A DNA stretch of 64,000 nt from assembly GCF_964355755.1 (NCBI RefSeq), contig NC_092677.1, forward strand, positions 24,663,175-24,727,174, given 5' to 3'. The stretch's first letter is position 1, and every line of letters starts with the position of its first letter. The notes below the pieces were generated by a model. It did no database searches. It was not told the origin of the DNA and saw nothing but the letters and a program-made list of their open reading frames with translations. A program made the translations under genes and the position numbers. Positions 37,490 to 52,700 of the stretch are shown here, one piece after another. The stretch is from Antedon mediterranea (taxonomy: Eukaryota; Animalia; Echinodermata).

Positions 37490-38093
37490 ATAAATATAAA
37501 TTATAAACATTGTAATAATATACAAATAATAATAATTATATCAAGGGAAGGGCTAAAAAATAGTTAAAACTAATCAAGTTCAGCCCCTAAACATTGAAGT
37601 ATAAATAGTTATATAAATAAATTAGGGCAACTTGTCTAAAATAAAATTAATATACATAAACATTTTTTTTTTTTTTTAAATACACTTTCTCTCAAATATA
37701 TACAATATAATTCTCTTATAAAATAAATAAATATCACTATACAAACAAATAGTATGTTTTCATTTCTTTTTTGAATTTGCTTTTTGTTAGAAACCTTAAA
37801 TCATCTGAGATTTCATTCCAGAGCTTTGCACCAGAATACTTGATGGAATGTTGTCCTATGTTTGTTCTATATTTTGGTACATACAACTTTTCTCTAGTCT
37901 GAGACCTTGATGAATAACGAAAATTAATATACAAAAAATATTTAGGAGTTGTATCTGGAAATTTACCATGTAAACTATCATGAACAAATAAAGTAATTAA
38001 ATACTGATGCTGCTGATAAATATTTAAAATTTTAAGTTCTTTGAATAATAATGATGTTGGTGCTACTCGCCATTTTGGTGCTACTCGCCATTT
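37490..38093 (-). mobile_element. LINE (CR1/L2-like) 3'-end fragment
   Basis: ORF 37737..38129: LFKELKILNI...RTNIGQHSIKYSGAKLWNEI, similar to the C-terminus of ORF 2489..3565. An 18-bp duplication marks the 5' junction. Confidence 0.75.
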
Positions 38094-38990
38094 AATATTA
38101 TATTTAATGTTGTCATCTTTAGTTTCCAAACATGTTAGCTGAGCACTGTACTATTTTTATACTTTTTATTACAGAATGAGCTTGTATGCCCATTGTATCT
38201 ACACTTAAATGTATTTTCTGTCAGTCCAACATGTTTCAATTTTGTTAGTGCCATTTCTTGTGACAGCATGGTATACTACTGTTAAACATTTCCCTAAAGG
38301 GCAAATCAAATTCAAATATATAAACTGAAAGATGCACAAATTATGATAAACTAGATGGCACGCTCGCTTCGCTCGCGTTCCATCTAGGTCGTGCCCACAG
38401 ATGGTTCTCGAATACACAGTATTTCCAGCGAGAAAAAAATGGAGATTTCAAATGTACGTACCGCAGGACTATAATACATTGTCGTTTACAGAAACGAATA
38501 AATATACACAATGATTTATGTAGTCAACCAAAATTAGCACCCTGGGAATTACTTCCGAGAGAGAGAAACAAAATGAGTCAAATTTTTTTATTTGGACTCA
38601 TTTAAACAAACCCAATTTGTGTTTTGTATGTAATATTAAGGGTTGAGGGATGGGGGAAGAAGATAGGTACAAAGAGGAAACATTTTAAAATATATTCTTA
38701 TCCACTCAGTAACGAAATATTGTTTTTAATGTTTTATAGGCCTATAAATAATATACCACTAAATACAGTAAAACATTTACGATTTAATACGGTACTTTGT
38801 TAAAACTCTCACTGTCATAGTTGATTGAAATAGTAAAGTACATGTAACGATACACCACTACGACGTTTATATATTTTTAAATTATTAATTAATACAAACG
38901 TTGAGAAGCAACTGTCAGTAATAACGTTTATTTATTTGTATATTATATGTTTATAATCTAACAGTAGGGCCTACCCACACTCACAGTAAT

Positions 38991-39431
38991 AAAGTCAATA
39001 ACTAATTATCTAACTTAATTTAATTAGTAAACAGGGTTACATCAGGTGGTTAAAATCAGTACCGAAGGTACGAACCAACTTTATATACCATCGAGTAAAA
39101 ATTCTAGAAGTAAGGCGCGATCTGTTCAACCGGTTTTCAGCTATTAAAAACAATTATCGTAGGAGGAGATAGGAAAATGCGAAGCCTCCTCGCATTTTTG
39201 TGGCGGGTATTTTTCAAGATGGACATCCATTAGACAGTGTATACCACGATCGGAAAACACCCCGATTTGGGGCAAATCGTTGAACCTAAATTCGTTTTAA
39301 TCGTCAATAACTAATTATCTAACTTAATTTAATTAGTAAACAGGGTTACATCAGGTGGTTAAAATCAGTACCGAAAGTACGAACCAACTTTATATACCAT
39401 CGAGTAAAAATTCTATAAGTAAGGTGCGATT
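38991..39431. repeat. ~130-bp direct repeat pair (38991-39121, 39303-39431)
   Basis: gtcaataactaattatctaacttaatttaattagtaaacagggttacatcagg... occurs twice. Confidence 0.85.
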
Positions 39432-39707
39432 TACCGAATTTTGCCCTTACGTAAATTTATATATAGATAAGTTAACAAACGTTTCATAACTAAACAACTT
39501 TTTTCATTAAACATGCAATATATTTTGTAATAGATAACATAACAAAAAAATATGCAGAAAATAATGTAAATATATATATGAGATTCTGTAATTGTTGAAT
39601 AAAGGTGGTAGTTAACCACAAAAGAAAAAAAAAAAAAAAAAGAAATGTAGCTTTCATTTTTTAACCCATAAAAGAAAAGTTAGTGATTTTGAAATTTCTG
39701 TTTCATT

Positions 39708-40110
39708 TTAGGTTACCATTCCGTTGTCTTTCACAGGCGATTGCACGAAAGGTGGTGGCGATGAGTCATATACAGATTTCAATTCTACGTAACAACATCG
39801 TATGAAGGAGAGGAGGAATGTCTTGAGAAGATTCCGGGTCTTGAGACGCGCAAGGGTTTTGAGACGCGCAAGGGTTTTGAGACGCGCCAGGAGAGGATGA
39901 AGTTGCTGAATTATCATTGGTTTGGTACTCAGCTCCTTCGGTAACAACTCCTCTGCGATAATTTTCTTTTGCTGACGTAGGCCTACATTTCGTCCTGCAT
40001 AATAGACAGACGAAACAGCACAAGCAAAGGGGAGAGTAGGCCTATATCATAACCATACAAACAAAAACAACAAATTCATCAGAATCATCGTCGTCATCAT
40101 CCCAATCCCA
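39708..40110 (-). pseudogene. Degenerate TM/PPxY-tail exon (paralog of 33772-34208); copies at ~47060-47440 and ~59620-60005
   Basis: CFVCLLCRTKCRPTS...GVVTEGAEYQ...TSSSPG...QDIPP(PSY)...SSPPPFVQS aligns with the gene 1 tail. Frameshifts or stops in all three copies. Confidence 0.75.
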
Positions 40111-40980
40111 ACTTGGTTTTATTAACTTGTTTATTGGCATACCATTTTGTAACTTTATCGATCTAGTTTTATCTGTCTAATCATCATTATTCTTAAAAGC
40201 CTAATAATAAACTTAAAATAGGTATACCATGTGTAACAATTGTTGAGTTGATATAGTAAGTTTATATAGGAAAAAATGGGCAGAATAGTAATCTATCCGT
40301 ATGGTAGACCTACCCCGTCAACTATACTTTATGTGTATCCGATACAATACACTTATGCACATTATACCAATGTATGACATATTATTATCTGTAATTAGTT
40401 GTGCTACCCAATATTTATAATAGGTAGCACACACATACGTGCATGTCATCCTACCAAAATACTATCCTATTTTATAATGTGTAACATATTTATATCGGTA
40501 ATTAGTTGTGCTACCCAATATTTATAATAGGTAGCACACACTTATGTGCATGTCATCCTACCAAAATACTATCCTTTTTGTTATTGTGTAAACTATTTAT
40601 ATCCGTGATGTGTTGTGCTACCAACATCTATAATGGGTAGCACACACTCATGTGAAATATTATCAATGTGTAACATATTTATATCGGTAGGCCCTACTTA
40701 GTTGTGCCCACTATTTTAGCGCCGTGCCTTTAGGAGGACGGAGGAGACTGTACCACTGTTATACTAATGACTACGGATGAAAACATGGGTATTTGGAAAC
40801 TTGGTGACCCGCCTATATATACAAGATGATGTTGTTATCTAATTAGCAAAATGTACGATCAACCTGAATGCCTAAGTCATTATAAACACATTTGGGTAAT
40901 TGGTTTATGCCCTAGGCTAAAAAGTTCAACAGTCACGCTAAGCCAGGCTCCGGCCGCGGTGGCATATTAGTGGAGTCGGT

Positions 40981-41915
40981 TAGGGATATTTTGGTTCAGT
41001 TTTTTCAAAAGCGCCGAATTTGGTATACAAGTTGCCCACCCTATACAAATTCAATTTTTGATGGGCGCCAACCCCTTGGATCACCTAATTTGCATAATTT
41101 AAAGCGGATATTTTCGCGAGTTGATTTTTAGCTTAAAATGTTCAGAACATAAACATTCCTTTTTACTCTAATAAAGTATTTTGGTAAAATTATCGGAAGT
41201 ACCATTTTTAACTTTTGACCTGTTTTTCAGGCAAATTATCATATCTTATTATTTGGTTGGCGTGGAAACTTTATTTTGGTGTCAGATTGTTCAAAATATA
41301 TACCGTATGTTACTATTCTGTTTAATAGAAGATTTTTCCAAATAGAAAATAGTAAATAGAAATGTTTATGTTCTGAATATTTTGACACCTAAATCAACTC
41401 TCTATGTAGTAATTCTAAGTAGTTAATGGATATCAAAAGATATTAAACTTAATGCAGTTGGCAATTGCACCTTAAAGGTTAAAGGCGTATTTCCGGATAT
41501 TTTTGGATGAAATTTTTCATTAAACTGAATAGTAACAAATATATTCTGAACAAATTGACACCAAAATAAACTGTCTATGACAACTGTTTACTGAGATACC
41601 GTATGCTTTCAAATATGGGTCAAAGGTTAAAAATGGTACTTCCGGTCATTTTTTTCAAAAATACTTCATTATACTAAAAAGGAATGTTTATGTTCTGAAC
41701 ATTTTGACACATAAATTAACTCTTTATGACAAACAGTTTTTCAGAGATATAGAGTGTTTAAGCGAAAATATCCGCCAGTTTAAATTATGCAAATTAGGTG
41801 ATCCAGGGGGTCATTTTGCTTGGCGCCCTTAAAAGATTGAATTCGTAGATGGTGGGCAAATTATACCATATACCAAAATTGGTGCTTTCGGAAGAAACTG
41901 AACCAAAGACCCTTA
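40981..41915. mobile_element. Foldback/MITE-like element with ~250-bp imperfect inverted repeats; copies at ~48838-49776 and ~60885-61768
   Basis: 40985-41222 is the reverse complement of ~41617-41912 (ggatcacctaatttgcataatttaaa, aaaatgttcagaacataaacattccttttta, ggaagtaccatttttaac). Confidence 0.8.
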
Positions 41916-41923
41916 TTTCAGCC

Positions 41924-44900
41924 CTAACAACCGCCTCCACCACCGCCTCCACCACAATCTCCCCCACCACCACCTCCATAACCACCTCCATAACCACCTC
42001 CACCAGGCGTGAACCTTCTTCCTGCTGGTGAAGTAATTCTCTTATCGCTTATACAGGCGAAAAAGATCAAGAGAAAAGCAAAGATAAAAATACCAATAAA
42101 AATACTAATAATAGTAACTTCAGTAATTCCACTACCATAACTAATACTAGTAGGCCTATCACTAGTAGTAGATATACTAGTATCCAAGTAATCTTCATCA
42201 GAAAAATCGTCATCATCATTCAATTCTAGGAATAAAGGGGATAAAATATATTGTGAATACAGTATGAATACATATTAAATGGCTGTCAATCAATGCATGT
42301 TGGTATTAAAGGATTTCAATAACTTCAATACATCCGTTACATCCTGGAGAAATAATGGTTACACACATTACATCCGGGTGAAATTTTCCATTTGGCTTTT
42401 TTTTAATTATTATATGACACAACAATGGGTGATTTTGTTTTGTTAAAAGATGTACTGTTACAGATTAACTAACTTTATTGCACATGGTAGTCTAAATGTC
42501 TATTATATATCTATGGACCTATAATATATCTTAGTGATTTGGATTTTCTGATGCCCACCGTAATTTACCATTTTCGGACAGCGTTTCCATAGGCGTCTTA
42601 TAAACTCATGAATACAACAAGAACTTACCTTCATAACACCTTAATTTTACAGGACGGAAACAGAACGGATCGTTATACAACTTCTGCTTACAGTACTTCA
42701 GACTATCTTCAGATCCATTACATGTAAAGTCAAACCTGTAGTTTAAAGAACTGTCTGACCAGTATTTGTTTTGCAATTGATAGCCATTTGAGTATCCAAG
42801 CTGCCTACAAGCTACTTGTGAGTTGTCAGATGTCCAATCATTTTCGCAAATTTGACTCCATTCCTCTTCATACTTTATTTCTAACCAACCAATATTCGAG
42901 AAATATTTCGAGGAATCCCCAAAAAGACGTATTGTATAATTTTCAAACTGTTGTTCATCTAGACCAATAAAATGCAATAACCATACATTAAAAGAAAAAC
43001 ATTGAAATAACAGTTTACAAACATTATGCTTCAACACATTTCTTTAAAATTCCCTCTTTCACCTTTTTTTTACTCCATAATGTTGTTCCCACTAGGACGC
43101 AAAACCATGGAGGAAAATGTTTTTCCCTTCATGGAAAAAACGTAAAGTAATTTGACAAACCACACGCGATTAGCTAGAATAGAATGCCTACAAGAGTGGT
43201 ACTAATACAACAGTACATTGATTTTTTTTGTGTTAAGAAAGAAACATTACAATTATAATAATAATTGTTATTAGTATAATTCAGTATCAATAAGATATTG
43301 TATCTACTATTTTTTTTTGTAAATGATGAAAATAAAAAAATAATATTTACTGCAAATGGATAGAAAATAATGAGTTTTCGTACATAGTTTATACAGTTCC
43401 ATAAAATACTGTTAATTCTTCCCCACCCCACCCCTCCAACACCCCACCCCTCCAACAAACACCCAACACTTCTGAGTCATCACTACTTACGATAGATTGT
43501 TTTGTGTTATTATGTGTTGGATTGTATACATTCAAAGAAAGAAATAGAAATAATGCCTTTTGTTAAACCATGTGTTGTTATTAGTTGGGATGATTAATCT
43601 ACAAGAAGGAATTATCTAAATGTTGACCCCTTAAAAAATAAATCATTATAGTAAAAGTTATGTTGCATAGTTTCCATGTATGCACTTACATATTATAGCT
43701 AAAAAAACAAATACTCTGTCCTTTCCCGTTTTGTTCATTTACTAAAATCTACATTTTTTAGATAATGCTTTTTCATAAATCAGGGCAGAAATCTACGGGA
43801 GAAATTGTAAAGGTCCTGTTTACTACTGGTGACGTATTTCTCTTCTTGTCGGGATGGCTTATACAGGCGTAAATGAGCGTTCCATAGGCGTCTTATAAAC
43901 TAATGAATACAACAAGAACTTACATTCATAACACTTTAATTTTACAGGACGGAAACAGAACGAATCGATATACAACTTCTGCTTGCAGTACTTCAGACTA
44001 TCTTCAGATCCATTGCATGTAAAGTCAACCTTGTAGTTTAAAGAACTGTCTGACTCGTAGTCGCCGTACAATTGATAGCCTCTTGAGTATCCAAGCTGCC
44101 TACAAGCTACTTGTGCATTTTCAACTGCCCAATCCCTTATGCAAATTTGACTCCACTCCCCTTCATACTTTATTTCTAAGCGACCAATATTTGAAGAATT
44201 TTCCGAGGAATCTCCAATAAGACGTATTGTATAATTTTTAAATTGCTGTTCATCTAGACAAATAAAATTCAATAACCATACATTAAAAGAAAAATAAATA
44301 GAAATAACAGTTTACAAACATACGCTTCAAAACTTTTCTTTAAAATTCCGTCTTTCACCTTTTTTTACTCAATACCCTCTATAAATGTTGTTCACACTAG
44401 GACGCAAAACCGTAGAGGAAAATGGTTTTCCCCTTCATAGAAAAAACGCAAGTAATTTGACAAACCACAAGCCACTAGCCAGAATATATTTTTTTGTGGT
44501 AAGAAAGAAATATTAAAATAATAATAATAATAATTGTTATTAGTATAATAAAGTATCAATAAGATATTGTATCTAATATTTTTTTGTAAATGTTGATAAT
44601 AATAAAAAAAGATATTTACTGCAAATGGATAGAAAATGATGAGTTTTCGTACATAGTTAACACAGTTCTATTAAATACTGCTAAATCTTCCCCACCGCAC
44701 CCTCCAACACCCCTCACCCAACACTTCTGAGTCAAATAATATTCCCAATTCCTATCACTACTTACAATACATTGTTTTGTGTTATTATAATGTGTTGGAC
44801 TGTACATTCAAAGAAAGAAATAGAGATAATGCCTTTTGTTAAATCATTTGTTATTATTAGTTGGGATGATTAATCTACAAAAAGGAATTATCTAACTGTT

Positions 44901-45906
44901 GACCTCTTAAAAATAAATTATTAAAATAAAATTTAGGTTGCATAATTTCCAGGTATGTACGTATACATATTATAGCTAAAAACAAATACTCTGTCCTTAA
45001 GTTTTTTAGGATAAACTCAAACCCGTTTTGCTCATTTACTAAAATCTACATTTTTTTAGATAATGCATTTTCATAAATCTGGGCAGAAATCTACGGGAGT
45101 AATTGTAAAGGTCCTATTTGCTGCAGCTGGTAAGTATTTCTTTTCTGGCTTATAAGGCGTAAATGAGCGTTCCATAGGCGTCTTATAAACTAATGAATAG
45201 AACAAGAACTTACCTTCATAACACCTTAATTTTACAAGACGGAAACAGAACGGATCGATATACAACTTCTGCTTACAGTACTTCAGACTATCTTCAGATC
45301 CATTACATGTAAAGTCAACTATGTAGTGTAAAGAACTGTCTGACTCGTAGTCGCTGTACAATTGATAGCCATTTGAGTATCCAAGCTGCCTACAAGCTAC
45401 TTGTGAGTTTTCACCTGTCCAATCAGTTATGCAAATTTGACTCCATTCCCCTTGTCCTTCATATGTTATTTCTAACCGACCGATATTCGATGAATTTCCC
45501 GGGGAATCTCCAATAAGACGTAATGAATAATTTAATAATTGCTCTTCATCTAGACCAATAAAATTCAATACATTAACAGTTTAGGCTACAAACATACGCT
45601 TCAACACATTTGTTTTTAATTCCCTCTTTCACCGTGCCCTCTAAGGTTAGCTCCACTAGGAAGCAAAACCATGGAGGAAAATGTTTTTCTCCTTCATTGA
45701 AAGTAACAACCCACAAGCGAGTATTCAGAATAGCTATATGCCTATTATTATAAGAGTATTAAATGTATATGATTGAGTTTTGTTCCTCGAAATTGATTGG
45801 GCAAAATCATATCATCACTGAATTTATTTCTATAGGCCGTACATTATTTACCTGAGGTAACCAAAATGATACACGACAAGGCGATTGTCCCTCTAAACAG
45901 AAGCAT
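41924..45906 (-). CDS. SRCR receptor gene 2: signal peptide - 3 SRCR - acidic stalk - TM - short Gly-rich tail ending in Cys
   Basis: Exons 45906-45852, 45549-45214, 44253-43924, 42958-42629 and 42225-41924. All phase 1, open, GT-AG. Confidence 0.85.
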
Positions 45907-47709
45907 CTTTCACAAATATGTCTGAAACAAAATTAAATCGAACAAATGTAGTCTATTATAATTCAAGTATGTTAATATCTATCTATCCATGGAAGATCTA
46001 TCTTTATCTATCAATCTATCTCTTTACTAAAAGGTACTTCTATACTGTTACTTTAGTACATTCTTTCCAAAGTCCCAAATTTGTGTAGCAAAACAGAACA
46101 GTTGATCAAATTGACACTGTCAGATTCAACCTTTCCTCGTTTAATATGAAAACGATCAACTTACTTACCGATGTTGTCTATAATGATCCTATCTAAGTTG
46201 TGATACGGGTTCTTATTAGACCAGATTTATAGTTGTATGTTGTGTAAATCATGCACGTCATCACTTTTACCTTGTACTTGCATCCTGTTGATTATTTTCC
46301 ATTGTGTCCTTTTATTATATTATTTACCATCAAACCTGTCATGACGCATTTGGGAATTAAATAAATTCTTGATGGAAATATAAACCCGTACATAACCATT
46401 TATTGTATTCTCTATTTCATAAACCTCTGAAATTTAAAATCCGGTATTACATTTCAAAACAGAATTTAAGTATCAAACACTTGAAAAGTTAAGAATCACT
46501 CCGTCATACTTTCCACCAACATTTAATAATCTTCAAATTTCCTTTCCTAATCTAAATATTCATTTTTGGCAAATTGCCAAAAATAACCATGAGCGAATTC
46601 ATTCACAGTGGCAATCATGTTCACAGGACAAACATATACACAAGATACTCTGCATAAACAAAATATTGACCAGGTCTTTAAGAGTAGAGTTTAGTCACAG
46701 TCATGAGAACAAATCCGGACATCTGAAGGGAATTGAACCAAAGATCCTGGAATTGGTAGCCGAGCATATTAACCACAAAGCTACAACTACACTCCAAATA
46801 TGTTTTTTTAAACTTTATTTTTTCCAGATTTTAGGTAAGATGTTACGTAAATAAATTTGGATAACGCAAAGTCTGTCTATTTGAAAAGGTGCCAATTCCA
46901 TTTCTGAAAATACCATCTTTTTTTTTCTCCATAAAATATAAAATATCAAAATAATACATTAAAATAAAAGAGCAATATTGTGATTAAGAAAAACATGCAT
47001 CCAAAATTAACCCATAAAAGAAAAGTTCGTGCTTTTGAAATGTCTGTTTCATTTTAGGCTCCGTTGAACTGTCTTTCACAGGCGATTGCACGAAAGGTGG
47101 TGGCGATGATTCATATACAGATTTCAATTCTACGCCTTATCTCATAACAACATCGTATGAAGGAGGAGGAATGTCTTGAGAAGATTCCGGGTCTTGAGAA
47201 GAGCGAGGGTCTTGAGAGGCGCAAGGGTTTTGAGACGCGCCAGAAGAGGATGAAGTTGCTGAATTATCATTGGTTTGGTACTCAGCTCATTTGTTAACTA
47301 CTCCTCTACGATAATTTTCTTCTGCTGACGTAGGCCTACATTTCGTCCTGCATAATAGACAGACGAAACAGCACAAGCAAAGGGGAGAGTATATCATAAC
47401 CATACAAACAAAAACGAATCATCGTCATCATCCCAATCCCAACTTCCTTACTTGGTTTTATTAACTTGTTTATTGGCATAATATAACATTTTGTAATTTT
47501 ATCGATCTAGTTTGATCTTTCTAATCATCTTAAAAGCCTAATAAAAAAAACTTCAAATAGGTATACCATGTGTAACAATTGTTGATATAGTAAGTTTATA
47601 TAGGAAAAAATGGGCAGAATAGTAATCTATCCGTATGGTAGACCTACCCCGTAAACTATACTTTATGTGTATCCGATACAATACACTTATGCACATTATA
47701 CCAATGTGT

Positions 47710-48530
47710 GACATATTTATATCTGTAATTAGTTGTGCTACCCAATATTTATAATATGTAGCACACACTACGTGCATGTCATCCTACCAAAATACTATCC
47801 TTTTAATTAATGTGTAACATATTTATATCGGTAATTAGTTGTGCTACCCAATATTTATAATAGGTAGCACACACTACGTGCATGTCATCCTACCAAAATA
47901 CTATCCTTTTTATTAATGTGTAACATATTTATATCGGTAATTAGTTGTGCTACCCAATATTTATAATAGGTAGCACACACTACGTGCATGTCATCCTACC
48001 AAAATACTATCCTTTTTATTAATGTGTAACATATTTATATCGGTAATTAGTTGTGCTACCCAATATTTATAATAGGTAGCACACACTACGTGCATGTCAT
48101 CCTACCAAAATACTATCCTTTTTATTAATGTGTAACATATTTATATCGGTAATTAGTTGTGCTATCCAATATTTATAATAGGTAGCACACACTACGTGCA
48201 TGTCATCCTGCCAAAATACTATCCTTTTAATTAATGTGTAACATATTTATATCGGTAATTAGTTGTGCTACCCAATATTTATAATATGTAGCACACACTA
48301 CGTGCATGTCATCCTACCAAAATACTATCCTATTTTATAATGTGTAACATATTTATATCGGTAATCATTTGTGCTACACACACTTATGTGCATGTCATAC
48401 AAAAATACTATCCTTTTTGTTATTGTGTAAACTATTTATATCCGTGATGTGTTGTGCTACCAACATCTATAATGGGTAGCACACACTCATGTGAAATATT
48501 ATCAATGTGTAACATATTTATATCGGTAGG
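47710..48530. repeat. 106-bp minisatellite, ~7 copies (only ~2.5 copies at paralogous 40380-40690 and 60275-60590)
   Basis: aatgtgtaacatatttatatcggtaattagttgtgctaccc recurs at 47809, 47915, 48021 and onward. Confidence 0.92.
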
Positions 48531-49784
48531 CCCTACTTAGTTGTGCCCACTATTTTAGCGCCGTGCCTTTAGGAGGACGGAGGAGACTGTATCACGCGGA
48601 AGCTTATACTAATTACTACGGATGAAAACATGGGTATTTGGAAACTTGGTGACCCGCCTATTATACAAGATGATGTTGTCATCTAATTAGAAAAATTTAC
48701 GATCAACCTGAATGCCTAAGTCATTATAAACACATTTGGGTAATTGGTTTATGCCCTAGGTTAAAAAGTTCAACAGTCACGCTAAGCCAGGCTCCGGTCG
48801 ATAATGACGTATTTCTCTTCTTGCCGCGGTGGCATATTAGGGATATTTTGGTTCAGGTTTTTCAAAAGCGCCGAATTTGGTATACAAGTTGCCCACCCTA
48901 TACAAATTCAATTTTTGATGGGCGCCAACCCCTTGGGTCACCTAATTTGCATAATTTAAAGGAGATATTTTCGCGAGTTGCTTTTTAGGTCAAAATGTTC
49001 AGAACATAAACATTCCTCTTTACTCTAATAAAGTATTTTGGTAAAATTACCGGAAGTACCCTTTTTAACCTTTGACATGTTTTTCAGGCAAATTACCATA
49101 TCTCATTATTTGGTTGGCATGGAAACTTTATTTTGGTGCAGATTGTTCAAAATATATACCGTATGTTACTATTCTGCTTAATAGAATATTTTTCCAAATA
49201 GAAAATAGTAAATAGAAGTGTTTATGTTGAATATTTTGACACCTAAATCAACTCTCTATGTAGTAACTCTAAGTGGTTTTATAGATATCAAAAGATATCA
49301 AACTTAATGCAGTTGGCAATTGCACCTTAAAGGCCAAAGGCGTACTTCCGGACATTTTTTGAATAAAATGTTTCATTAAACTGAATTGTAACAAATATAT
49401 TCTGAACAATTTGGCACCAAAATAAACTGTCTATTACAACTGTTTACTGAGATATGCTTTCAAATATTGGTCAAGGGTTAAAAATGGTACTTCCGGTCAT
49501 TTTTTTCAAAAATACTTCATTATACTAAAAAGGAATGTTTATGTTCTGAACATTTTGACACATAAATTAACTCTTTATGACAAGCAGTTTTTCAGAGATA
49601 TAGAGTGTTTAAGCGAAAATATCCGCCAGTTTAAATTATGCAAATTAGGTGATCCAGGGGGTCATTTTGCTTGGCGCCCTTAAAAAATTGAATTCGTAGA
49701 TGGTGGGAAAATTATATATACCATTAACATATACCAAATGTTGTGCTTTCGGAAGAAACTGAACCAAAAACCCTTATTTCAGCC

Positions 49785-52700
49785 CTAACAACCGCCTCCA
49801 TCACCGCCTCCACCACCGCCTCCATAACCACCTCCATAACCACCTCCACCAGGCGTGCTCATTCTTCCTGCTGGTGAAGTAATTCTCTTATTGCTTACAC
49901 AGGCGAAAAAGATAGCGACAGCGAAGATACAAATACCAGTACAAATACTAATAATTATACTAACAATTCCACTATTATAACCGTCACAAGTATCCAAGCA
50001 ATCTTCATCAGAAAAAACGTCATCATCATCATTCAATTCTAGGAATAAAGGGGATATTATATATTGTGAATACAGTTGATATTAAATGGCTGTCAATCAA
50101 TGAATGTTGGTATTAAATGATTTCTATCACTTCAAATACATCCGTTATATCATGGAGATATAATTGTTACACTCATAACATACTCTGTTGAAATTTTCCG
50201 TTTGGCTTTTTTTTTTATTATTATAAATATGACACAACAATGGGTGTTTTTGTTTTGTTTAAAGATGTACTTTACAACTTTATTGCACAGGTAGCCTAAA
50301 TGTCTATTATATATCTGTGGACCTATAATATATCTTAGTGATTTGGATTTTCTGATGCCCACCGTAATTTACCATTTTCGGACAGCGTTCCATAGGCGTC
50401 TTATAAACTCATGAATACAACAAGAACTTACCTTCATAACACCTTAATTTTACAGGACGGAAACAGAACGAATCGATATACAAATTCTGCTTACAGTACT
50501 TCAGACTATCTTCAAATCCATTACATGTAAAGTCAACCTTGTAGTTTAAAAAACTGTCTGACTTGTAGTCTTCGTACAATCGCTCGCCTCTTGAGTATCC
50601 AAGCTGCCTACAAGCTACTTGTGAGTTTTCACCTGTCCAATCATTTATGCAAATTTGACTCCACTCCCCTTCATACTTTATTTCTAACCAACCAATATTT
50701 GATAAAGGATCCGAGGAATATCCAATAAGACGTATTGAATAATTTTGCTCTTCATCTAGACCAATAATATTCAAAAACCATACATTAAAAGAAAAATCAA
50801 TTGAAATAACATTTCTTTAAAATTCCCTCTTTCACATTTTTTTTACTCCGTGCCCTCCATAAATGCTGTTCCCACTAGGACGCCAAACCAAGTAGGAAAC
50901 TGTTTTTCCCCTTCAAGTAAAACACGCAAGTAATTTGACAAACCACACGCGAGTGGTCAGAATAGCTATGCCTACAAGAGTATTTACTATTAAATGTACT
51001 AATAATACAGCATCAATGATGTTTTTGTGGTAAGAAAGAAATATTGAAATAATAATAATAATTGTTATTAGGCCTATACACATATTGCCTGCTTAGAGGT
51101 TAAATATAAGATTTGACATCCCGAGGGAATGATAATATTTCCTCGAACAAAATATCATTCCACGAGGGATGTAAAATCATATATTTTACCGATAAAAAAG
51201 GCGATCTGCTGGGTCGGGTAGCTAGACTAGGCCTCCTTGTTTGTACGGTATAACAATAAGCGTGCCTAGACACCTTACCTTGCGAAGAAAAATATACAGA
51301 TAATTACTAGTTAATGATTCCTTGCAATAAAATATTCACTTAGGCTTAGGTCGTTTAAATTAACAGAAGAATTTTCATCAATAAGCCTACAATAATAATA
51401 ATTAGGTAGGCCTAGGCCTAGGCCGAAAAAATAATAATTCGTCTTCTCTTCGAGCCGAATCACCGGATGTTCAGCGCGCCGTGAGTACCAGGTTACTACC
51501 GTGAGTATTGACCAATCACAAACAGTATTTCGTCGCGTCTATAGAGAGGGCCAATAACAATAAATAGTTTAGTTGATTATTTTCTTCAAGCAAGTTGCGT
51601 GGCGCAGCGGGTAAAACGTTGTCTTGTGATGATGTGGACCAATTTTCGGGAGTTCAAGTCTCAGTAGATGACTTTTGCTTATTTATCGCCAAACGCGAGT
51701 GTTGCAACACGAAAATTACACAGTCAATATCATCGTACTCGAGAGTTTACTGGATGTTTAATGACAGGGACGCGAAAATTACTCAGTCAATATCATCGTA
51801 CTCGAGGAAATATACGATTAGTTGGGATGATTAATCTACAAGAAGGAATTACCTAAATTTTGACCTCTTAAAAAGTAAATCATTATAATACGATTTCCAT
51901 TATACACTTATACATATTATAGCTAAAAAAAACAAAGTTTTTCAGGATAAACTCAAACACGTTTTGCTCATTTACTCAAATCTACATTTTTTTTAGATAA
52001 TGCATTTTCATAAATCAGGGCAGAAACCTATTATTGTAAACGTTGTTTGCTGCTGGTGAAGTATTTCTCTTCATGTCGGGATGGCTAATACAGGCGTAAA
52101 TGGGCGTTCCATAGGCGTCTTATAAACTAATGAATACAACAAGAACTTACCTTCATAACACCTTAATTTTACAGGATAGGAACAGTACCGATCTGTATAC
52201 AAATTCTGCTTACAGTACTTCAGACTATCTTCAAATCCATTACATGTAAAGTCAACCCTGTAGTGTAAAGAACTGTCTGACTCGTACAATCGCTCGCCTC
52301 TTGAGTATCCAAGCTGCCTACAAGCTACGTGTGAGTTTTCACCTGTCCAATCATTTATGCAAATTTGACTCCACTCGCCTTCATACGTTATTTCTAACCG
52401 ACCAATATTTGATGAATGTTCCGAGGAATCTCCAATAAGACGTATTGAATAATTTTGTAATTGCTGATCAGCTAGATCAATAACCATACATTAAAAGAAA
52501 AATAAATTGAAATAACAGTTTACAAACACACGCTTCAAAACATTTCTTTAAAATTACCTTTTTTACCTTTTTTACGCCGTGCCGTTCCCATTAGGACTTT
52601 AAAAATAAATCATTATAGTAAAAGTTATGTTGCATAATTTCTATGTATGCACTTATACATTATTATAGCTAAAAAACAAATACTATGTCCTTAAGTTTGT

